A DNA stretch of 64,000 nt from Longimicrobiales bacterium (GTDB lineage: Bacteria > Gemmatimonadota > Gemmatimonadetes > Longimicrobiales > Gaopeijiaceae). Where the stretch lies: positions 608,001 through 672,000 of the forward strand of contig CBDDCX010000007.1 of the NCBI GenBank assembly GCA_965226375.1, in the 5' to 3' direction. The notes below the pieces were generated by a model, which made no database searches, was not told where the DNA came from, and was given only the letters and a program-made list of their open reading frames with translations. A program made the position numbers and the translations under genes. Every line of letters begins with the position of its first letter. The stretch's first letter is position 1. Below, piece after piece: positions 25,342 through 34,570 of the stretch.

Positions 25342-26603
25342 GCCGCTGGAAGCAGTGGGTCCGGCCCCCGGAAGGCGCGCTGCCGGGCGGCATCGTGACG
25401 AAGGCGGGCGTGGTGTTGATCGCCGTGCTCGTCGGTGGACTCCTCTTCTCGTGGGCGATGACGGGTCCCCAGGAAGCCGACACTCTCGTAGCCCTGCCCG
25501 AGGCGCAGGCGGTCGACGACGGGATGGGGAGGTCGCTCCAGGCGCGCATTCGGCAAGAGGCCGAGCGGCAGACTCTGGAGGCCGCCGCCCGGGCGCGCGC
25601 CGAGCTCGAGCGCCGGCAGGCTGCGGCCGCCGGGGAGATGGCTCGGCTCCAGACCGAGTCGGAGACGCCGAACACCGCAGCCTTGATCCCAGGCATCGGC
25701 GCGGCCGAGTCGGAGCTTAGGGAGGCGCTTCGGCTGGAGGAGCTGGAGCGAAGAACCCGCTCGCTCCGTGCCCTTCCCGTGGCTCAGTCGTACAGGGATC
25801 CGAACGCGACCGCGGAGTCGTCCGAAGCCGGCACCGGCGATGCGGCCGACGCGGATGTGGCGCTCCTCGAGAACACGGTCCAAGCGGCTCTCGCCTCATT
25901 CGAGCAGTCGGTCGGGGCGCTCGAGGACGAGTTGGCAGCGGAGTTGGCGGCCGGGCAGCTCCTCTCCGGCTCCCCGGGACCTGCCGCACCGCCAAGCTCT
26001 CCTCGCACCCCCGGCACGGCTGAGCCCGGCCGGAGCGTCCGGCCCGCCGACCCGCCGGGTTGGGAGCGGATCTACGAGGGCTCGTTCCTCGAGGCGGTGC
26101 TTCTCACGCAGCTCACGGGCGATTTCCCCGGACCGGTGCTCGCGATGGTCTCGGTCCCGTTCTATTCGGCCGACCGCCAGCGGATCCTGATCCCGCGCGG
26201 CGCACGCGTCGTCGGCACGGCCCGGGCCGTTCAGGACCCGGACCAGAGCCGGCTCGCCGTCGCCTTCCACCGGCTGCTCCTGCCCGACGGCAGCTGGATC
26301 GACCTCGAGTTCACCGGTCTGAACCAGGCGGGCGAGGGCGCCCTTCAGGACCAGGTCGACCGCCACTACTTCAGCACGTTCGCGGCGGCCGGAGCCATCG
26401 GCGTCGTGAGCGGGCTCGCCTTGGCCGGCGGTTCGCCGTTCGGCCTGAGGGCGGGCGTCGGCCAGGGCCTCGGCCAGAGCGCGACCTCGGTTCTCGACCG
26501 GTTCCTGAACCGGCTACCCACGATCACGATCCGCGCGGGCCATCGCCTGCGCATCTGGTTCACGTCCGACGTCCTGGTCCCGAGGGCCGGGACACGGCAA
26601 TAA
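25338..26603 (+). CDS. virB10: TrbI/VirB10
   Basis: N-terminal TM; EGSFLEAVLLTQLTGDFPGPV, LIPRGARVVG, QVDRHY, NRLPTITIRAG. Confidence 0.88.
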   Translation: MSRWKQWVRPPEGALPGGIVTKAGVVLIAVLVGGLLFSWAMTGPQEADTLVALPEAQAVDDGMGRSLQARIRQEAERQTLEAAARARAELERRQAAAAGEMARLQTESETPNTAALIPGIGAAESELREALRLEELERRTRSLRALPVAQSYRDPNATAESSEAGTGDAADADVALLENTVQAALASFEQSVGALEDELAAELAAGQLLSGSPGPAAPPSSPRTPGTAEPGRSVRPADPPGWERIYEGSFLEAVLLTQLTGDFPGPVLAMVSVPFYSADRQRILIPRGARVVGTARAVQDPDQSRLAVAFHRLLLPDGSWIDLEFTGLNQAGEGALQDQVDRHYFSTFAAAGAIGVVSGLALAGGSPFGLRAGVGQGLGQSATSVLDRFLNRLPTITIRAGHRLRIWFTSDVLVPRAGTRQ

Positions 26604-26620
26604 CACCAAAGGAGCTCATC

Positions 26621-27529
26621 ATGCGTCACAGAACCCTTACCACCGCCCTCTTGGTCTCCATCCTGATGCTCGCGAGCGCAGGGCCGGCAAACGCCCTCTT
26701 CGACATCGGCGGCGTGATTCAGCGTGCCCAGATGATCGTGAACCAAGCGACCCAGATCGCGAACCAGATCCGCCAGATGCGGACGATGACCCGTCAGCTC
26801 ACCGAGCTCGAGGAGCAGCTCGACTACATGAAGGAGGCCGCGAGGGGCGAGGTGGACGCTTTGATCGAGCCGTTCGCGGAGCTGGCGGCCGGATCCATCG
26901 GCCTCGTCGGCGACGACCTCGACTGGGGCTCCGAGTTCAGCGGAGCGGCCGGCGAGCTGGTCGACGCGGTGCGTGGCATGGGGAGCGGCGACTCGTTCAC
27001 CGATGTCTGGCGGAGCGCCCAAGGGGTGGCCGACCAGGTGAGCGAGGCGGACATCCTCGAGCTGTTCCGTAACCGCCCGGCCGAGGCGTCGTCGCGCGCG
27101 GTGGAGGACTACCGCCAGGCCCGTGAGGCAGCCGACCGGCAGCGCGTGCTCGACTACGCGATGATGGACGCCGCGGCCTCGCTCGCCTCGACCGTCGAGA
27201 GCGCCCAGGACTCGTTCGACGACCTGACCGCGAATGGGAACCTGTCCAACACGGCGCTCCAGCAGGCGCAGGTCGCGGCCGCGCTGACGCAGGGCCGGAT
27301 CAACGCCGCCGTGGCGCAGGTGCTCGCCTATCAGGCGGTCGAGCAAGCGAACCGGATGCAGCAGGCCGAGATCGACCGGCTCGAGCGGCTCGCCGAGTGG
27401 AGGGACGCGCGCCTCCGTACGAACGCGATGGCCGATGCGATGCGCACGGCCGCGTTCCAGAATCGCGACCGGCTCCGGGAGGGGCTCCTGTTCAAGATCC
27501 CGTCGTTCTACATGGGCGGCCAGGCGTAG
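26621..27529 (+). CDS. Secreted helical protein, VirB5/TrbJ-like
   Basis: Signal peptide; QMIVNQATQIANQIRQ coiled coil; position in the operon. Confidence 0.6.
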   Translation: MRHRTLTTALLVSILMLASAGPANALFDIGGVIQRAQMIVNQATQIANQIRQMRTMTRQLTELEEQLDYMKEAARGEVDALIEPFAELAAGSIGLVGDDLDWGSEFSGAAGELVDAVRGMGSGDSFTDVWRSAQGVADQVSEADILELFRNRPAEASSRAVEDYRQAREAADRQRVLDYAMMDAAASLASTVESAQDSFDDLTANGNLSNTALQQAQVAAALTQGRINAAVAQVLAYQAVEQANRMQQAEIDRLERLAEWRDARLRTNAMADAMRTAAFQNRDRLREGLLFKIPSFYMGGQA

Positions 27530-27547
27530 GCCCCGGGAGCGACTGTC

Positions 27548-28558
27548 ATGCAACTCCTGCCACCGCAGTCGATCGATCCGAACGTCCCGGCCCAGATCCC
27601 CGCGGATCAGCTCCAGGACTTCAAGGGGTTCCTGGACGTCGTGCTCGACACCGTGGTCGGCGGCGCCGCGCCCGACGTGCTCACGCTCGGCCACCAGCTG
27701 TGGGGCGGTCTCGCGGCGATCGTCGTCGCCTGGAGCGGGCTCAAGATCGCGTTCAGCGGAACCTTCGAGCCCTGGTCCCTCGTGCGGGTCGTGCTCGGGA
27801 TCGCGATCCCCCGGACGATGCTCCACTACTACAGCGTCCCGATCCCGGGCGTGGGCTTCACGTTCCCGGCCATGGTCGCGGCCGGAGGGATCTGGCTCCA
27901 GAACCTGTTCATCTCCGATGTCGTGTCCGTCGGCTACACGGAGATGACCGCGCTCGTCCAGGCGTTCGCCGCACGGCTCGGCGCGGCATGGTCCGGCGGG
28001 AGCCTGATGACCCTCGTGACCGAGGGCGTGAGCGTGTTCTTCTCGTCCCTCGTCGCGCTGATGATGGGCGTGCCGCTCGTGCTCGGCCTCGTCGCGCTCT
28101 TCTGCCTGACCTACGCGCAGGTGATCTGGGCGCAGGTGGCGCTCGCGATCGTGATCCTGCTCGGCCCCGTGTTCATCCCCTGGCTGCTCTTCGAGCCGCT
28201 CGCGTTCCTGTTCTGGGGATGGTTCCGCACGCTCATGGTCTACACGCTCTACGGCGTCGTAGCCGGTGCCATCCTGAGGGTCTTCATGGGCGTGGGCATG
28301 GGCTACGTCACGACCTATACCGGCGCCCTGATGGGCACCGGCTCCTCCGACCCGGCGGAGCTAGGGCTGTGGGTCGTCGTCCTGCTCCCGCTCGTCGTCT
28401 CCGGCCTGATGGCCGGCATGAAGGTGGGCGAGCTCGCCGCGATGCTCGTCTCCGGCTCCGGATCCGTCGGATCGGGATTCATGGCGCTCGCGGTGCGCGG
28501 CGGCGGACGCCTCAGCGCTGCCGCGAACCCGGCCCGCCCCCCAATCCCCGGAGGCTGA
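27548..28558 (+). CDS. virB6: TrbL/VirB6 polytopic membrane protein
   Basis: Multiple TM segments; ILLGPVFIPWLLFEPLAFLFWGW motif. Confidence 0.85.
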   Translation: MQLLPPQSIDPNVPAQIPADQLQDFKGFLDVVLDTVVGGAAPDVLTLGHQLWGGLAAIVVAWSGLKIAFSGTFEPWSLVRVVLGIAIPRTMLHYYSVPIPGVGFTFPAMVAAGGIWLQNLFISDVVSVGYTEMTALVQAFAARLGAAWSGGSLMTLVTEGVSVFFSSLVALMMGVPLVLGLVALFCLTYAQVIWAQVALAIVILLGPVFIPWLLFEPLAFLFWGWFRTLMVYTLYGVVAGAILRVFMGVGMGYVTTYTGALMGTGSSDPAELGLWVVVLLPLVVSGLMAGMKVGELAAMLVSGSGSVGSGFMALAVRGGGRLSAAANPARPPIPGG

Positions 28559-28569
28559 AGGAGACGTCC

Positions 28570-29238
28570 ATGAACCGAGAACACGATGCCGGCCGCGAGT
28601 ACGCGGAGATCTGGGGCGAGACCGTCGAGGCGAACCGGAAGCTCCGGACTCTTGCAATGATTCTCGGAGGAGCGTGCCTCGCGCTCGCCGTGCTCCTGCT
28701 CCGGGTCGCGACCGTCGAGCCGCCTCGGCCGATCGTGGTCCGGGTCGACGAGGTCGGCCGCGCCGAGGCCGTGGCCTACGAGGCCGCAACGGCGCAGGCG
28801 GATCCGCTCGATCCCACGACCAAGTACTTCCTTAACCGGTTCATCGCCGACTTCTACTCCAGGCGCCAGGCGACGGTCGAGGAGCAGTGGACGCGGAGCC
28901 TCCGCTTCCTCTCGACCGAGCTGGCGAACGCCGCGTTCACGAGGGACGGCGCCGAGGTCGCCGCCATGGCGGCTGGCACCGCTAACACTGAGATCCAGGT
29001 CGAGCAGGTCGTGCTCCGCATCCACCCCGCACCGGAGGCGCCGCACGGCGCGACCGCCGACTTCGACCTGGTCCACCTCAGGCAGGGGCAGGAGACCCGG
29101 CGCGAGCGCTGGTCGATCACGCTCCGGTTCACGTTCCTCACCGTCATCCCCTCCCAGCTCGTCGTCTACAACCCGATGGGCATCCTCATCACCTACCTCC
29201 AGGCCGACCGTGCCCTGGTCACGGAGCCGCCCAGGTGA
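28570..29238 (+). CDS. virB8: VirB8/TrbF
   Basis: Single TM, PIVVRVDEVG, YFLNRFI, NPMGILIT. Confidence 0.85.
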   Translation: MNREHDAGREYAEIWGETVEANRKLRTLAMILGGACLALAVLLLRVATVEPPRPIVVRVDEVGRAEAVAYEAATAQADPLDPTTKYFLNRFIADFYSRRQATVEEQWTRSLRFLSTELANAAFTRDGAEVAAMAAGTANTEIQVEQVVLRIHPAPEAPHGATADFDLVHLRQGQETRRERWSITLRFTFLTVIPSQLVVYNPMGILITYLQADRALVTEPPR

Positions 29239-30167
29239 TCGCCCATCTGCGGGGACGGGAAGCGGCGCTCGAGCCGTTCGGTTGGACGGGACGCCAGGCC
29301 GAGTGGATCGCGCTGGCATGCCTCCACAGCGGCGTGTTCACCCGCACCCAGGCGACGCGGTTCCTGGACACGCATCACGAGCGGGCGCGCCGCCTCGTCC
29401 ACGCGCTGATCGCGCAGGGCCTCGCCGCCGAGGAGACCGTGCCGGGCGTTCGGGGGATCGGCCGCGTGTGCCGGATCTTCTCCCGGGGTCTATACCGCGC
29501 GCTCGGAGCCGAGCACATCCGCCACCGCCGCACGGCGTCCGCCGACGTGCTCATGCGCCGCCTGCTCTCGCTCGACTACGTGATCGAGCACTCGGGTCTG
29601 CCCTGGCTCCCGACCGAACCCGAGAAGGTCGCCGCGTTCGAGGCCCTCGGGATCGAGCGCGAGTTGCTGCCCTCGCGCCTCTACCGCGGCGCCGCCGGGG
29701 ACACCCGGCGCTGCTTCCCGCTCAAACTGCCGGTCGCACTGGACTCGGGCCGTGCAGTGTTCGTCTACGTCGATCCCGGACACGACACCTCGACCGCGCT
29801 CCGTTCCTGGGGAGCGGCGCACCGCGGGCTCTGGCTCGCGCTCGCAAACCAAGGCCGGTCCGTCGAGGTCGTCGCCGTCGCCCGCACTTCGCGGGAGATG
29901 GACCGGGCCCTGGCCGTGATGAGCGGCTGGGCTGAGGCGTCCGGCCCCGGCGAGCCCGACGCCGGGATCCGTGAGGAACTTGCCCGGATCGAGCGGGCGA
30001 TCCTTCAGGGCGCGGTCCAGATCCTCGAGGAGTTCGGAGGCCTGCAAGCCGCCCTGAAACGCAGCGTGGCGCTGGAGAAGCAGGCCCGCCGGCAGGCAGG
30101 CCGCGGGGCGATTCACCACGGCGTCGCCTGGCAAACGGTGCGCCTCGCGGGAGCGCGCTACCGGTGA
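29235..30167 (+). CDS. Uncharacterised wHTH-like protein, last gene of the T4SS operon
   Basis: 310 aa; overlaps the virB8 stop; LHSGVFTRTQ, HIRHRR, RRLLSLDYV, FVYVD. Confidence 0.7.
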   Translation: MIAHLRGREAALEPFGWTGRQAEWIALACLHSGVFTRTQATRFLDTHHERARRLVHALIAQGLAAEETVPGVRGIGRVCRIFSRGLYRALGAEHIRHRRTASADVLMRRLLSLDYVIEHSGLPWLPTEPEKVAAFEALGIERELLPSRLYRGAAGDTRRCFPLKLPVALDSGRAVFVYVDPGHDTSTALRSWGAAHRGLWLALANQGRSVEVVAVARTSREMDRALAVMSGWAEASGPGEPDAGIREELARIERAILQGAVQILEEFGGLQAALKRSVALEKQARRQAGRGAIHHGVAWQTVRLAGARYR

Positions 30168-30445
30168 CGACCGGCGCGCGTCTCATGGCCGCACTGGAGT
30201 GCGCAAACGACGCGGGGGGCCGATGCGCACTTTGGCCCTCCGGCGATGCGCGCCGGTGCTACGGAGTAAGCCACGACACGGCCACGTCTTGCGCCTACAC
30301 GCCCAGATAGAATCCCCTGATGTTTATTATCGTCCATTAGAGTCTATAACATACTGTATTACAACACTTTGTGATCTTCACGCAGTCCCTCGTATTCCTC
30401 ACAACGTCTCTTGATATCCACTACCATCCCTTATATTATGAGGTA

Positions 30446-31681
30446 ATGTATGACGTAACGAACACCACCGATCCGCCCCGGAAAACCAAGCCCAAGGGCC
30501 GCCATCCCGACAAGGCCCTGTCGGCCGCCTTTGTGCGTACCGCCCCGCCGGGCAGGCATTGCGACGGTAACGGGCTCTACCTCTTCGTTCAGCCGAGCGG
30601 TGCCCGGAGCTGGGTTCAACGCCTGGTCATCCGCGGTCGGCGTCGTGACTTCGGACTCGGCAGCGTCGCGCTGGTCTCGCTCGCCGAAGCACGTGAGAAG
30701 GCGCGAGCGAACCGCAAGTTGGCCCGTGAGGGCGGCGACCCCCTTGCGGAGAAACGCCGCGCCCGGGGCATGCCGAGCTTTGCGGAAGCGGCCGCAAAGG
30801 TGGTGGAGCAGAAGCGGACCGGTTGGCGCAATCCGAAGCAGGCCCACGACTGGATGTCGAGCCTCGAGCGGTACGCCTTCCCGCGCATTGGCGAGATGGC
30901 GGTGTCGGATGTGACGAGCGCCGATGTGCTGGAGATCCTCACTCTGATCTGGCACGTGAAGGCAGCCTTGGCGCGAAACGTGCGATGGAGGATCCGGGCG
31001 GTGCTGGAGTGGGCCGTGGCGATGGAGCTCAGGACCGACAACCCCTGCGACCGGCTCGGCTCGGTGCTAAGCCCCCAGCATGACGTGGTGCAGCACCTGC
31101 GGGCGTTGCCGCATCGCGAGGTGGCATCGGCGATCGAGGCGGCACGAACATCGGAGGCGGAGCCAGCCGTCCGTCTGGCGTTCGAGTTCCTGGTGCTGAC
31201 GGCGGCGAGGTGGAGCGAGGTGCGGTGGGCCGAGTGGGCTGAGATCGATCGGAAGGAGGCGGTGTGGACGGTTCCCCCGGCGCGCATGAAGGCGAGGCGG
31301 GAGCACCGGGTGCCGCTATGTGGCCGAGCGATGCAGATCCTAGAGGAGGCTCGGAAGCTCGGAGACGGCAGCCCCCTCGTGTTCACTCTTGGGGATGGGC
31401 AACCGATTTTCGACAAGCGGCTGCGCCGACTACTCCGAAAGCTCGAGATCGCGGCCGTGCCGCATGGGTTCCGGTCGAGCTTCCGCGACTGGGCGGCCGA
31501 AGAGACGGACTATCCGCGTGAGGTCGTCGAGGCCGCGCTGGCGCATGTGGTGAAGAACAAGGTCGAGGCGGCCTACAGGCGAACGGACCTGTTCGAGCGC
31601 CGGCGCCGGCTCATGGACGACTGGACGGCCTACTTGGCCGGCGAGCGTGGAGATGCAGCCGACGTCAGGCCGGTCCGTTGA
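30446..31681 (+). CDS. P4-like tyrosine integrase
   Basis: DGNGLYL arm-binding domain, LTAARWSE, RMKARREHRVPL, HGFRSSFRDW, LAH, AYRR. Confidence 0.95.
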   Translation: MYDVTNTTDPPRKTKPKGRHPDKALSAAFVRTAPPGRHCDGNGLYLFVQPSGARSWVQRLVIRGRRRDFGLGSVALVSLAEAREKARANRKLAREGGDPLAEKRRARGMPSFAEAAAKVVEQKRTGWRNPKQAHDWMSSLERYAFPRIGEMAVSDVTSADVLEILTLIWHVKAALARNVRWRIRAVLEWAVAMELRTDNPCDRLGSVLSPQHDVVQHLRALPHREVASAIEAARTSEAEPAVRLAFEFLVLTAARWSEVRWAEWAEIDRKEAVWTVPPARMKARREHRVPLCGRAMQILEEARKLGDGSPLVFTLGDGQPIFDKRLRRLLRKLEIAAVPHGFRSSFRDWAAEETDYPREVVEAALAHVVKNKVEAAYRRTDLFERRRRLMDDWTAYLAGERGDAADVRPVR

Positions 31682-32037
31682 TCTGAGCTGAACACATATC
31701 AGACGACGGTGTGCGTGCGGGTGCGCCTCTCTCCCTGGTGACCTGCCCCCGTTTCCATAGGTTCCGGAGTCACCTTTGAAGGCGTGTCGCGCGCTTTGCT
31801 CGGCACTTTCGCCTGCGTGGCGTTGCCTCCCCCGCCCGGTAGTGGCCCAGTCCGGCTGATTGCCTTTATGCGCGGATCATCGCCCTCAGACCCGGGCTGT
31901 GCACCATCGCCTGAACCTGAGCCTCCAGTTCATCTGAGAACCGGGCGGACTCCCGGGAGGTGGTCGCCGCCCGGGAGGTCTCCGCGAAGGTAGCTCCCGT
32001 CCGCTGTTACGTCCTAAGTCCTTCTTCGACGGACAGA

Positions 32038-32950
32038 CTATCCGGCTTTCTTTGATGGCACAGGGACATACACATTCTTGAGGGGGTACCGAGCCCGTAG
32101 ACTAGGGTCCAACCTCTCGTAGTGATCCAGAAAGAGTGCCACGAAACGGGTGGCGTCAATGAGGGTCACGTTAGCGCTGCCTTGGGCCACATTCAGAGCT
32201 CCAGTGGAGAAACGTCCAAGGGATACGAGGATCCCTTTTTCTTCGGAATTCAGCAGACCTTTCAGTTGGTTGACCACGGGTTCGCCGATAGTGCTTGTGC
32301 CACTCTTAACCTGCACTTTTACATAGGGTCTCTCAATTCCCAGAGGGTCTGGGTGGGCAATGACATCAACTCCGTGGTCTCCAGAGGGAGGGGTGACAAA
32401 AGCCGTGTAACCCATAGCCCGAAACACTGCTGCAACGACCTGCTCAAAATGAACACCGGTTCGTTGCCAGGCCTTGAGTAGATAGTCCTCGGTTGCCTGA
32501 ATAGCTTGCTCATCGAGAGCTGCAAATTCTTCATCGTCAGCCATCTCATCATCATCGACCAGGATCGCTTCAGTGTCCTTGGCATCAAGGATCGCTTTGA
32601 CTTCCTCCAAATGGTCGTTGGACGTACTAACGGTCAAGAATGCTCCGAAGCTGTTGAGTGCGGGCTGGGAGAACGCGGTACGCGGAACAATTGACAACCA
32701 CTCGACATTTCGGATGCTCTGCTTGGAAGGACGACCGCTGTCGAAGCGATATTCTCCTGTGATCGTCCCGATCGCGATCTGCTTGGTCGGTTTGACTGGG
32801 AGTACAATCGGATCACCGACCTTCATCTCATGGGCGAATCGGTATAACTGACCGTACAAAGAATTTACCCGCTTCGCACTCGCTTCTGGAATCGCAGCCT
32901 CTACCGCTACCTTCGTCGTCTCTCTGGTGTCCAAGTGAGTCGCATCAATA
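32038..32950 (-). pseudogene. Mrr-like (type IV) restriction endonuclease, N-terminus removed by IS3
   Basis: FEQVVAAVFRAMGY, GDHGVDVIA, VQVK; no natural start before the IS. Confidence 0.8.
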
Positions 32951-33023
32951 CCCTCTCTGCCAACTTACGTGAGACACGGAACGCTTAAAGAATTAGAGTA
33001 GGGTGAAGGCAGAGAAACCGAGG

Positions 33024-33473
33024 ATGCTGAGACACCGAGAGAGAATGAAAGAGAATCGAATGGCCCCACTAACCTGGGAGGGTAAGCGAAGCGCGGCAGC
33101 CGTCCCGGACGCGGAGGTCGTGGATAAGCCGATCCGGCGCCGGTTCGCTCCGTCCTACAAGCTGCGGATCGTCGAAGAAGCGGACCGGTGCACGGAGCCC
33201 GGAGAGGTCGGCCGACTCCTACGGCGGGAGGGCTTGTACTCGTCGCACCTGACGACATGGCGCAAGGCGGCGCGTAGCGGGTCCCTGAAAGCGCTGTCGA
33301 AGAAACGAGGCCGTAAGCGCGAACGGAATCCTCTGGAGGAGAAGGTGCGCAAGTTGGAGCGCGAGAACACTCGCCTCGAGAAGGAGCTCCACAAGGCGCA
33401 CCTGATCATCGACGTCCAGGGAAAAGTTGCAGGGCTGCTGGGATTGAGCCTCGAGGACGGAACGCACTCATGA
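33024..33473 (+). CDS. IS3 transposase OrfA
   Basis: RRRFAPSYKLRIVEEAD..LLRREGLYSSHLTTWR. Confidence 0.88.
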   Translation: MLRHRERMKENRMAPLTWEGKRSAAAVPDAEVVDKPIRRRFAPSYKLRIVEEADRCTEPGEVGRLLRREGLYSSHLTTWRKAARSGSLKALSKKRGRKRERNPLEEKVRKLERENTRLEKELHKAHLIIDVQGKVAGLLGLSLEDGTHS

Positions 33474-34477
33474 AGGCGACCCAGGAGCTGGCCAAGCATG
33501 TAGGGGTGAAGCCCGCGTGTACTGCGCTCCGGGTCTCCCGAGCCACGTTCTACCGTCGTCGGAGTCCAACGACCGGGCATCAGCAGCCCCGCCCGACCCC
33601 CGCCCGGGCCTTGAGCGAGAAGGAACGAGACAAGGTTTTCGACATCCTGTGCTGTGAGCGGTTCGTGGACCGGTCGCCAGCCGAGGTGGTGGCGACCCTG
33701 CTCGACGAAGACGTCTACCTGTGCAGCGAGCGTACGATGTATCGCGTCCTGGCCTCCGAGGTGCCGGTTCAGGAACGCCGAGCGCAGCGGAGCCATCCCG
33801 AGTATCAGAAGCCCGAGTTGATGGCGACGGACCCGAACCAGGTCTGGTCCTGGGATATCACGCGGCTGCTCGGGCCGAAGAAGTGGAGCTACTACTACCT
33901 CTACGTCATCCTGGACATCTACAGCCGCTACGTGGTGGGATGGATGGTGGCGGATCGGGAGAACTCTGCCCTGGCCGGCCGGCTAATCCAGCAGAGTTGC
34001 CTGAAGCATGGCGTCCAGCCCCAGGTCCTGACCCTGCACTCGGATCGAGGAGCTCCGATGACGAGTCAATGTACGGCTCAGCTACTCGCCGATCTCGGCG
34101 TGACCCGCTCGTTGAGCCGACCCCAGGTCTCGGATGACAATCCGTTCTCCGAGGCTCAGTTCAAGACCTTGAAGTACCATCCCTCGTTTCCCGGGCGGTT
34201 CGGGGACCAGAACCAGGCCAAGACCTTCTGTCGCTCATTCTTCCGTTGGTACAACGCCGAGCACCGCCATGGCGGCATCTCCATGCTGACCCCCGAACAG
34301 GTCCACTTCGGTCACGCCGATCAGGTCATCGCCCGCAGGGAGGCCGTGCTCCGCGAGGCCTGGGCCGCTCATCCCGAGCGCTTCGTCTCCGGTCAACCGA
34401 AGCCCCAACCACTCCCGGAGGCCGTCTGGATCAATCCTCCAAGCCCCACCCTCACTACACAGGAGATTGCTCTCTAA
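33470..34477 (+). CDS. IS3 transposase OrfB (DDE)
   Basis: PNQVWSWDIT, LHSDRG, DNPFSEAQFKTLK. Confidence 0.92.
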   Translation: MKATQELAKHVGVKPACTALRVSRATFYRRRSPTTGHQQPRPTPARALSEKERDKVFDILCCERFVDRSPAEVVATLLDEDVYLCSERTMYRVLASEVPVQERRAQRSHPEYQKPELMATDPNQVWSWDITRLLGPKKWSYYYLYVILDIYSRYVVGWMVADRENSALAGRLIQQSCLKHGVQPQVLTLHSDRGAPMTSQCTAQLLADLGVTRSLSRPQVSDDNPFSEAQFKTLKYHPSFPGRFGDQNQAKTFCRSFFRWYNAEHRHGGISMLTPEQVHFGHADQVIARREAVLREAWAAHPERFVSGQPKPQPLPEAVWINPPSPTLTTQEIAL

Positions 34478-34570
34478 TTGATTCCCCCAAGTGTCTCATC
34501 GGGGTTGACAGGCTCCGGAGCGACTGAGTCCCCGTCCGACCCCCCCGATGGCCATCGGGTCCAACCTTCC

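Larger units (their letters stand above)
32951..34517 (+). mobile_element. IS3-family element (copy 1)
   Basis: orfA/orfB; imperfect IR CTGCCAAC..TGAGACAC versus GTGTCTCA..GTTGACAG. Confidence 0.9.

Noticed and set aside
30371..30445. N-terminal extension of the integrase given in the ORF track
   Set aside because: ATG 30446 has a GAGG RBS; the upstream sequence is AT-rich and looks non-coding.
31739..31775. TGACCTGCCCCC, resembling a canonical IS3 terminal IR
   Set aside because: No partner end or transposase nearby.
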